DNA of 64,000 nucleotides from contig JAADDR010000096.1 of assembly GCA_013153865.1 (NCBI GenBank), positions 3,729-67,728 of the forward strand. Direction: 5' to 3'. Both the position numbers and the translations under genes were made by a program. This document shows, in pieces, positions 28,882-36,376 of the stretch. The notes beneath the pieces were generated by a model. It had not been told where the DNA came from. It did not search any database and worked only from the letters and a program-made list of their open reading frames with translations. Positions within the stretch are counted from its first letter, which is position 1. Every line of letters starts with the position of its first letter. Source of the stretch: Chlorobiota bacterium (GTDB taxonomy: Bacteria > Bacteroidota > Bacteroidia > Bacteroidales > JAADGE01).

Positions 28882-29976
28882 TTAAGATTTTTTTGAAACA
28901 TTTTTTGACTTCCCGAATTTATCTCTTATCCATCTCGGACCTATAATAACTCCGGCGGTTAAATACGGATAATAGGTAAGTAATCGCCATACAAAAGCAG
29001 TTATAACCGCTATTCCGGCAGCAGGAGGCATAAAATCTTTTAAATATTCCGAAAAAATATATTCCGAAAAACCGCTGCCTCCGGGTGTAGGACTTACCAG
29101 CATCATTACCCACATAACCAACTGTCTGGCAAATAATAAAAAATGATTACTCTTCATGGCAAAAAATGCGACAAATATTGCATTTACCACCCAATATCTC
29201 GAAGTCCAAGATATAAAAGTCGCCAATCCCGCCTTAAACCAAAAACCGAAACTCTTTTTCTTAAGCTCTTCAGAATTTTTTATAATATCCAAACCCGCTC
29301 TTCTGGCTTCTTTCCTCCAGCGTCTCAAAGGTTTTATCCCGAATATCCGTAAAACAACTTTTTTAATGATATGAGGATTTACAAACAATCCGTAACTTAT
29401 AAATAAAATATATACAAACTTTATAAGATAACCTGTTACGGCAAAATAAAAAAATTCGTTTGCAAAATTTAAACCCGAAGAATCACCTATACTGAATAAA
29501 GTATCGGCTCCGGCTATAAAAACCGCCAGAGGAAACATTATCAAAAAATACATTTCGTCCAAAAAAGATGTTGCCATAACAATTGCCGTACTTTTACCCA
29601 CACTTATACCTTCTTTATGAACAAACACCACGGCAACACTCGTACCGCCTATAGCCGAAGGAGATACGGCAGAAGCAAATTCCCACAACATAATTACCCT
29701 GAATGCTTGTCGCCATGTTACTTTATTCTCGGCTAAGATTCTAAACCGCCACATATACCCTATATCCCGAAGTGCCATAAGCAATACGGCAACAAACAAA
29801 AATAAAACGGTAATATACGAAAAACGTATTACCGAAAACGATAAATCAGAATCTTTTACCTGAAAATACAATAAACCCGCAACTCCCGAAATACCGATAA
29901 GAGCAGGTATAATAACTTTCTTGGGACTTATTTGTTTCTCAAGATTTTCTTTTTCTTTTAAATCTGCTTTAACCAT
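28882..29976 (-). CDS. Polytopic membrane protein, lysyl-phosphatidylglycerol-synthase TM-region-like (UPF0104 flippase-like)
   Basis: 364 aa with about 8 TM helices. The conserved-looking C-terminal PTPGGSGFSEY motif is typical of this family as I recall it. Confidence 0.5.
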   Translation of the reverse strand: MVKADLKEKENLEKQISPKKVIIPALIGISGVAGLLYFQVKDSDLSFSVIRFSYITVLFLFVAVLLMALRDIGYMWRFRILAENKVTWRQAFRVIMLWEFASAVSPSAIGGTSVAVVFVHKEGISVGKSTAIVMATSFLDEMYFLIMFPLAVFIAGADTLFSIGDSSGLNFANEFFYFAVTGYLIKFVYILFISYGLFVNPHIIKKVVLRIFGIKPLRRWRKEARRAGLDIIKNSEELKKKSFGFWFKAGLATFISWTSRYWVVNAIFVAFFAMKSNHFLLFARQLVMWVMMLVSPTPGGSGFSEYIFSEYLKDFMPPAAGIAVITAFVWRLLTYYPYLTAGVIIGPRWIRDKFGKSKNVSKKS

Positions 29977-30055
29977 TGTTCTGCAATATTAAAAAAAATA
30001 GCAGACTTTAAAGAAAATAAAAATCAAAACGATACTGTTTTTTTAATCAGACAAA

Positions 30056-31180
30056 TCATTTAAAAAGTTGCACAAAACAAGCTCCGTCTTTTCCGAAACC
30101 CGTTTGCCGATAAAATCCGACAATATTTTTACAATATTTTTCGTTGCCTGCCCATTTTTTAATCACTCCAGAAATATTCGACGAAGATATTAATGCAATA
30201 TTTACGGCTCTTACCGGACAACCTTCCGATTTTACCCGTTCAAACAACAAACTATCATCTTCTTCGGCATGCGAAAAAAAATCTTCTTTGCGGATATACG
30301 AAGCATATTCTTGCGCCGTTTTGCACAAACAATTACTCAAAATAAGCGGAGGTCGGGAATCCGTAAGTATCCCTCCGCAAACTGTTCCGGATGTACGCAA
30401 ATTATTTACCTCAAACAACATTTTAATCTGATAATAACGCTCGGCAAACTGTTTTGCTTCAGTTTTAAAGTTTTCTGACATATTAAATTTTTGCGGATAT
30501 AACACAAGTATCATGCTTGCCGCTTGCAAATCGCAAGCTGTATCCGCATAAAGTAATTTTAAATCCGATAAAAATTCATTTTCAGCATCAGCTTTAAAAT
30601 AATCTTCTATATTTTTAAAAACGTAATACAAATCGGAATACAAAACATCTTTAGTCAATGTTTTATCATGTTCTAAAACAACACCTGAATTAAACCTGTA
30701 TAATTTCGCATATTTATACAAATACAACTTATTATCGGGATAAATACGACGAAGTTTCAAAAATAACTTTTCCGCATGTTTAATATCTCCCGAAGCATAT
30801 AACGAATCCGCTTTGCGAACGGAAAAACGCACAATTTTATCTATTCGGTACCTGTTCTCCGAATGAAAATAATCCGAAGGATGTTTCGATTTATAAGATT
30901 CCAAATATCTTATACCTTTAAGAATTTCAGATACCGGATTCGAATAAACAGACAATAATTCAGGTTCCGAACTTAATTCAACCAAAGACAAACTTTTGTA
31001 TAAATAAGAATTTTGTTTGTCTTTACCTGCTTTTATATTTCTGTTTGCAACAGTTATGCATCTCATATAACTCTCTGACTCATACAATTTCTGAACCTTA
31101 CTTTGCGATACGGCCGCAAAAGAAACGAAAAATAAAAACACGAAAACAAAGCCGCTTAAAAGAAATTTCAGTATTTTCAT
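30056..31180 (-). CDS. Secreted protein with helical-repeat N-terminal region and possible C-terminal CAP/SCP (YkwD-like) domain
   Basis: 374 aa with a signal peptide. C-terminal segment AQEYASYIRKEDFFSHAEEDD...NIALISS...IKKWAGNEKYCKNIVGFYRQTGFG is CAP-like. Weak call. Confidence 0.45.
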   Translation of the reverse strand: MKILKFLLSGFVFVFLFFVSFAAVSQSKVQKLYESESYMRCITVANRNIKAGKDKQNSYLYKSLSLVELSSEPELLSVYSNPVSEILKGIRYLESYKSKHPSDYFHSENRYRIDKIVRFSVRKADSLYASGDIKHAEKLFLKLRRIYPDNKLYLYKYAKLYRFNSGVVLEHDKTLTKDVLYSDLYYVFKNIEDYFKADAENEFLSDLKLLYADTACDLQAASMILVLYPQKFNMSENFKTEAKQFAERYYQIKMLFEVNNLRTSGTVCGGILTDSRPPLILSNCLCKTAQEYASYIRKEDFFSHAEEDDSLLFERVKSEGCPVRAVNIALISSSNISGVIKKWAGNEKYCKNIVGFYRQTGFGKDGACFVQLFK

Positions 31181-31437
31181 GATTTAGTGTGTTTACTTTT
31201 TATTATTTCCTTAAAATTAAACACTTTTCTCCCTTTAATTGTAATATCTTTTATAAAACCGCCGATTTATTTGATTGATTGTGCAATATACAGTTTAAAC
31301 TAATTCGCAATCCGAAACACATAACATATCTGCCTGAATACAACACTGTTTACAAAAAATAATACTTTTTCGAAAAAAATATTTGCACACTAAAAAAAAT
31401 AACACTTATTTTGCGAGTGAACACTAACTAACAATTT

Positions 31438-32016
31438 ATGCTGTCCGAAAGGCAAGAACAAATAATTGAAGAATCCATAAAATTAATAGCAGATAAAGGA
31501 ATTCAAGGGTTTACGATAAAAAATTTATCAAAAGCAATAGGATTCTCCGAACCTGCCATATACAGACATTTCAACAGTAAAACCGATATAATTTCCGCAA
31601 TCTTGGAAAAATTCTTAATAATTGCGGCTTTTTTATCAAAAGAAACATCCGAATCAAACTCATCGGCTTTCGAAAAAATAGCTTTTATAATTAAACAAAT
31701 GATTAACATGTTCACGGAAACACCTTCATTGGTTCCCGTCATTTTTTCGGAAGAAATATTCAAAAACGAAACTGCACTTAAAGAAAAAATAATAACAATA
31801 CTTAATAAAGATAAAGAAACTATCGAAAGAATAATTTCGGAAGGACAAAAAAACGGAGAATTTCGAACCGACATAGACGAAAAAACTTTAACCCTTACCG
31901 TTATGGGTTCATTAAGGTTGTTGGTCAAAAAATGGGACTTGGAAAATCGAAAGTTTAATTTAAAAAAAGAAAGCGACTTATTAATTTCGGCTTTAAATAA
32001 AATATTAACGGTATAA
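31438..32016 (+). CDS. TetR/AcrR-family transcriptional regulator
   Basis: 192 aa. N-terminal HTH (GFTIKNLSKAIGFSEPAIYRHFNSK). Confidence 0.85.
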   Translation: MLSERQEQIIEESIKLIADKGIQGFTIKNLSKAIGFSEPAIYRHFNSKTDIISAILEKFLIIAAFLSKETSESNSSAFEKIAFIIKQMINMFTETPSLVPVIFSEEIFKNETALKEKIITILNKDKETIERIISEGQKNGEFRTDIDEKTLTLTVMGSLRLLVKKWDLENRKFNLKKESDLLISALNKILTV

Positions 32017-32028
32017 ATACGAAACACC

Positions 32029-32925
32029 ATGGTACAACTAAATAAACATCAACATCTTATTATATCTCTGTCGATTATATTTATATTCTCCGGACACAAA
32101 ATGTCGGCAGATACCATTCCTTCAATAAATTTAACAACCATTGCACAAGTAAATCAAGGAAACAGCTATATAACATTTCCTACTGATATAGGTAATATCG
32201 AATCTCTTTGGTTTGAAGCAAACCTGATACCGAATTTTCATATACGCACAAATAAAGATGCAAGATTAATGGGAGTTCTTACACCGCAAATGATTATAAG
32301 AATGTATCAAGAATATTCATATCCGGTAAGAACCCCGAGTTATATGCCGCAAATAACAATGTATTACAAACTCGACAAATACAATAAAAACAGCACTCTG
32401 TTTGCAAGATTGGCACACCACTCAAACGGACAAGACGGAGACTTTTACAACGAAGACGGAACAATAAATTTATTATCGGGTGATTTCTCTACAAATTGGT
32501 TCGAACTGGGGCTTATACGCACATTTTTTAACGACAGGTTCAATGCAACACAATTTTTCAGAACATCTTTAAGAAAAGATTTCTTCGAAAGTTCAAACCA
32601 AGAAAACGGAATATACAGTAAATTCAGATGGAAAAGCAGTTTCTCCATTTTTAAAATAAGAGAAAACGGAGAGCACGGAAAGAAAAAAGCGGGATTCTCT
32701 TTAAAAATGGATGCCGAAATAATGTTCGGCGACATATATACGTGGAGCAATAATGATTTTGACCGGTTAAATATCGGACTTACGGCTTTCTATACCCCGA
32801 AATTTTTTGAAGACATAGGATTTTTCATAAACTTATATCACGGACAAGACTACTACAACATATATTTTAATCATCAATTAAACGTAATCCGTTTCGGTAT
32901 TATGACCGAAGTATTAAGATTTTAA
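32029..32925 (+). CDS. Outer-membrane phospholipase A1 (OMPLA/PldA)-like beta-barrel protein
   Basis: 298 aa. LAHHSNGQDG matches the OMPLA catalytic HxSNG motif. An upstream YPVRTPSYMPQI segment and a downstream FSTNWFE segment parallel the OMPLA PFRxTNYxPE and SRSWNR regions. Confidence 0.55.
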   Translation: MVQLNKHQHLIISLSIIFIFSGHKMSADTIPSINLTTIAQVNQGNSYITFPTDIGNIESLWFEANLIPNFHIRTNKDARLMGVLTPQMIIRMYQEYSYPVRTPSYMPQITMYYKLDKYNKNSTLFARLAHHSNGQDGDFYNEDGTINLLSGDFSTNWFELGLIRTFFNDRFNATQFFRTSLRKDFFESSNQENGIYSKFRWKSSFSIFKIRENGEHGKKKAGFSLKMDAEIMFGDIYTWSNNDFDRLNIGLTAFYTPKFFEDIGFFINLYHGQDYYNIYFNHQLNVIRFGIMTEVLRF

Positions 32926-32936
32926 ATAAAGAGAAC

Positions 32937-33356
32937 ATGAAAAACATAACAATTAGTCTGCTAACAATAATATTCTCCGTTTCAATCGGTTACTCACAAA
33001 AAGCCGATGACATAACAGGAAAATATCATCTGCCGAACAAACTGGATATAGAAATATTCAAATACAAAACAACATATGCCGGCAGAATAATAGCCCTCAA
33101 CGGCTTCGAAAACGGACAAACAAAAGATATTAAAAACCCCGACGGTAAAAAAAGAAACGACCCCTTAACAGGAAAAGTAATAATAACCGGACTGAAATTT
33201 AACCCCGAAACCAAAACATGGGAAAACGGTAAAATGTACGGAGCAGAAAAAGGAATGTTTTTCAACCTGAGAATAAAAAAACTAAAAAAAGATAAAATAA
33301 CAGTAGAAGCCTCTAAATATTTCTTTAAGAAAACTATAGACTGGGAAAGAATATAA
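32937..33356 (+). CDS. DUF2147-like secreted protein
   Basis: 139 aa with a signal peptide. YAGRIIAL...DIKNPDGKKRNDPLTGKVIITGLKF...WENGKMYGAEKG resembles DUF2147. Confidence 0.55.
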   Translation: MKNITISLLTIIFSVSIGYSQKADDITGKYHLPNKLDIEIFKYKTTYAGRIIALNGFENGQTKDIKNPDGKKRNDPLTGKVIITGLKFNPETKTWENGKMYGAEKGMFFNLRIKKLKKDKITVEASKYFFKKTIDWERI

Positions 33357-33421
33357 AAATTGACACATTTTAAATTATTTACTTTAAAATATGAAAAATT
33401 TTTTGTATCGCATGTAATTTT

Positions 33422-33429
33422 TAACTTTG
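33422..33429 (+). promoter_or_regulatory. TAnnTTTG -7 box (with an upstream TTTG at 33402-33405) for the inositol/sphingolipid operon
   Basis: taactttg lies 33 nt upstream of the ATG at 33462. Confidence 0.45.
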
Positions 33430-33461
33430 TCGGTCAAAATTCGGGCAAAACAAAAAGAAAA

Positions 33462-34154
33462 ATGTCAGACAATAACCTTTGGAATAATATAAAAACAAGC
33501 GCCTATAAAGCACTGCAGCCTATTATAAACCTGCTTGTTAAAACAGGCATAACTCCCAACGGCATTACCGTTACAGGATTTATTATAACTATATTTGCAG
33601 CCGTTATTTTAATTGTGGGAGCAGAAACCGGAAAAAGAGGAGACATAAAATACATTACATGGTTCGGAATTGTTATACTCATTGCCGGACTTTTCGATAT
33701 GCTCGACGGACAATTAGCCAGAAAAACAGGCAAAATGACAAAATTCGGAGCTTTATTCGACTCCGTAATAGACCGGTACAGCGAAATGATAATGTTCTTC
33801 GGAATTGCATACTACTTAGTATCATACCATTATTTCCTTAGCGGTGTATTAGCATTTATAGCAATGATAGGATCAATTATGGTAAGCTACGTAAGAGCAC
33901 GAGCAGAAGGTCTGGGAGTAGATTGTAAAATAGGCCTGATGCAACGCCCCGAACGAATACTTACAATAGGCATCTCCGCATTATTATACGGCATTATATC
34001 ACGATTTACGGGAACATTTAAAATAGAAACTGACGTTTTCCCGTACACATTATTCGAAAACATATCAATATTTACAATACCGATTTTTATTCTGGCCGTG
34101 TTAACAAACTATACGGCTTTCCAACGTTTAAACCATTGCAGAAAAAAAATGTAA
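33462..34154 (+). CDS. CDP-alcohol phosphatidyltransferase, probable phosphatidylinositol-phosphate synthase
   Basis: DMLDGQLARKTGKMTKFGALFDSVIDRYSE matches D(x)2DG(x)2AR(x)8G(x)3D(x)3D. Directly upstream of an inositol-3-phosphate synthase gene. Start chosen at the internal Met downstream of the promoter box. Confidence 0.8.
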   Translation: MSDNNLWNNIKTSAYKALQPIINLLVKTGITPNGITVTGFIITIFAAVILIVGAETGKRGDIKYITWFGIVILIAGLFDMLDGQLARKTGKMTKFGALFDSVIDRYSEMIMFFGIAYYLVSYHYFLSGVLAFIAMIGSIMVSYVRARAEGLGVDCKIGLMQRPERILTIGISALLYGIISRFTGTFKIETDVFPYTLFENISIFTIPIFILAVLTNYTAFQRLNHCRKKM

Positions 34155-34182
34155 CTTAATTTTAAATTAAATTATCAAATAA

Positions 34183-35499
34183 ATGAACTCTAAACAAAAT
34201 ATTCAAAATCCGGAAGGAAAGTTAGGAATACTTATACCCGGTATCGGCGCAGTATCAACTACCTTTATGGCAGGCGTATTTGCCGCAAGAAAAGGAATAG
34301 CACAACCCATAGGTTCCGTTTCCCAAATGGGTAAAATAAGAATAGGAAAAAGAACGGAAGACAATAACCCCTACGTAAAAGACTTTGTGCCTTTAGCATC
34401 ATTAGACGACATGGTTTTCGGCGGATGGGACATATTCTCCGAAAACGCATACGAAGCAGCATCTAAAGCCGGAGTATTGGAAAAAGACTTGCTCAACCAA
34501 GTTAAAGACGAACTCTCGCAAATAAAACCCATGCCGGCAGTATTTAACAGAAACTTCGTTAAAAACCTCGACGGCGACCATGTCAAAAAAGAGCCGACAA
34601 AAATGGACGAAGCAAAAGCTCTTATCGAAGACATAAAAAGATTTAAAAACGAAAACAACTGCGACAGAGCAGTAATGATATGGTGTGCATCTACAGAAGT
34701 ATATACGGAAGAAACAGACATACATCAATCAGTAGAAGCATTCGAAAAAGCTCTCGAAGAAAACCACCCCTCGATAGCCCCGAGTATGATATACGCATAT
34801 GCGGCTATTAAATCGGGAATTGCTTTTGCAAACGGAGCTCCGAACCTGACAATAGACACTCCCGCATTAATAGAACTTGCCAACAGACTTAACGTTCCCA
34901 TTGCAGGAAAAGACTTTAAAACAGGACAAACTCTAATGAAAACAATTCTCGGTCCCGGATTAAAAACAAGACTTCTCGGAATCGACGGATGGTTCTCTAC
35001 AAACATACTCGGAAACAGAGACGGAAAAGTTCTGGACGATGCAGATTCATTTAAAACAAAAGAAGTATCAAAATTAAGCGTACTCGACAGTATATTAGAA
35101 CCCGAACTGTACCCGGAACTATATAAAAACATGTATCACAAAGTAAGAATAAACTATTATCCGCCTAAAGGCGACGACAAAGAAAGTTGGGACAATTTGG
35201 ATATATTCGGATGGCTCGGATACAAAATGCAAATTAAAGTAAACTTCCTTTGCAAAGACTCGATTCTTGCAGCTCCGGTAGTTCTTGACCTCGCCGTATT
35301 TATGGACTTGGCCCAACGTTCCGGAATGAAAGGAATACAAGAATGGCTCTCATTCTACTTTAAATCTCCGCAAACAAAAAAAGGTCTTAAACCGATACAC
35401 GATATTTTCTTACAAAAAATAAAATTTGAAAATACCTTAAGATATTTAATGGGAGAAACACTCATTAATCACTTAGGTTTAGATTATTACGAAGAATAA
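34183..35499 (+). CDS. ino1: myo-Inositol-1-phosphate (inositol-3-phosphate) synthase
   Basis: 438 aa. N-terminal GILIPGIGAVSTT Rossmann start, GWDIF, ANGAPN, and GKDFKTGQT...NILGNRDG, typical of bacterial/archaeal MIPS. Confidence 0.85.
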   Translation: MNSKQNIQNPEGKLGILIPGIGAVSTTFMAGVFAARKGIAQPIGSVSQMGKIRIGKRTEDNNPYVKDFVPLASLDDMVFGGWDIFSENAYEAASKAGVLEKDLLNQVKDELSQIKPMPAVFNRNFVKNLDGDHVKKEPTKMDEAKALIEDIKRFKNENNCDRAVMIWCASTEVYTEETDIHQSVEAFEKALEENHPSIAPSMIYAYAAIKSGIAFANGAPNLTIDTPALIELANRLNVPIAGKDFKTGQTLMKTILGPGLKTRLLGIDGWFSTNILGNRDGKVLDDADSFKTKEVSKLSVLDSILEPELYPELYKNMYHKVRINYYPPKGDDKESWDNLDIFGWLGYKMQIKVNFLCKDSILAAPVVLDLAVFMDLAQRSGMKGIQEWLSFYFKSPQTKKGLKPIHDIFLQKIKFENTLRYLMGETLINHLGLDYYEE

Positions 35500-35500
35500 A

Positions 35501-35977
35501 ATGAAAATTTCCGAAATAACGGCATCGGGATTAGGGACCGGGTATTCTCCGGTTGCACCCGGAACGGCTGGCTCCGTTTTGGGTATAATTCTGCTTTGGA
35601 TATTTAATCTTGGTTTACAAAAATTAAATTTTGAGCAACCGGAAATCCTTGTCCTTAATTCCGCTGTTATTTTTATCATAATATTTTCGGGAGTATGGTC
35701 AATTAAAAAAGTCCACGAAACATGGGAACACGATGCCGGAAAAATAGTAATAGACGAAATAGCGGGCGTCTGGATTGCAGCTTTTTCAGCCCCCCTCAAT
35801 CTATATTACTATATGGCGGCATTAACTCTGTTTCGCTTTTTTGATATAACAAAACCTCTGTATATCAAAAAATTCGACAATATGAAAAACAACTGGAGCG
35901 TTATGCTTGACGATATACTGGCGGGAATATACAGTTTAATTATTTTACGGATGCTCATTTATTTTGACATTTTTTAA
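35501..35977 (+). CDS. PgpA-family phosphatase (candidate phosphatidylinositol-phosphate phosphatase)
   Basis: 158 aa. GLGTGYSPVAPGTAGSV, VIDEIAGVWIA, FRFFDITKP, MLDDILAG. Starts 1 nt after the ino1 stop. Confidence 0.8.
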   Translation: MKISEITASGLGTGYSPVAPGTAGSVLGIILLWIFNLGLQKLNFEQPEILVLNSAVIFIIIFSGVWSIKKVHETWEHDAGKIVIDEIAGVWIAAFSAPLNLYYYMAALTLFRFFDITKPLYIKKFDNMKNNWSVMLDDILAGIYSLIILRMLIYFDIF

Positions 35978-36374
35978 AATGAACCGAAAAAAACAGCACC
36001 CGGTTAAAATTTTTTTAAAATACAATGTTGTGGCAGGCATTGCCACGGCGGTAGACTTTACCGTTCTTATATTTTTGACTGAAGTTGTCCATATATGGTA
36101 CCTGCTCTCGGCTACTGCAGGAGCAATCAGCGGAGGAATAACGGCATTTACGCTCGAAAGAAACTGGACTTTTATGAAAAAAGACGGAAAATTATCAGCT
36201 CAAGCAATAAAATACGCGGCAGTCTGGATTACAAGCATATTTTTAAATATAGCAGGATTATACTTACTGGTGGAATATACAAAACTACAATACATTATCT
36301 CAAAAATAATAGTAGCCGTAACAGTAGGCATAGGATTTAATTTTTTAACACACAAATATTATATTTTTAAATAG
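35964..36374 (+). CDS. GtrA-family small membrane protein
   Basis: 136 aa with 4 TM helices. VVAGIATAVDFTVLIFL...ISGGITAFTLERNWTF. Overlaps the PgpA gene by 14 nt. Confidence 0.75.
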   Translation: MTFFKMNRKKQHPVKIFLKYNVVAGIATAVDFTVLIFLTEVVHIWYLLSATAGAISGGITAFTLERNWTFMKKDGKLSAQAIKYAAVWITSIFLNIAGLYLLVEYTKLQYIISKIIVAVTVGIGFNFLTHKYYIFK

Positions 36375-36376
36375 AA

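Noticed and set aside
31503-32030. 175-aa minus-strand ORF covering the TetR gene.
   Set aside because: The plus-strand frame has a canonical TetR HTH. The antisense product has no recognisable features.
33360-33461. 34-codon N-terminal extension of the CDP-alcohol phosphatidyltransferase ORF.
   Set aside because: The extension uses a non-ATG start right after the upstream stop and contains the TTTG / TAACTTTG promoter boxes. The Met at 33462 precedes the first TM helix.
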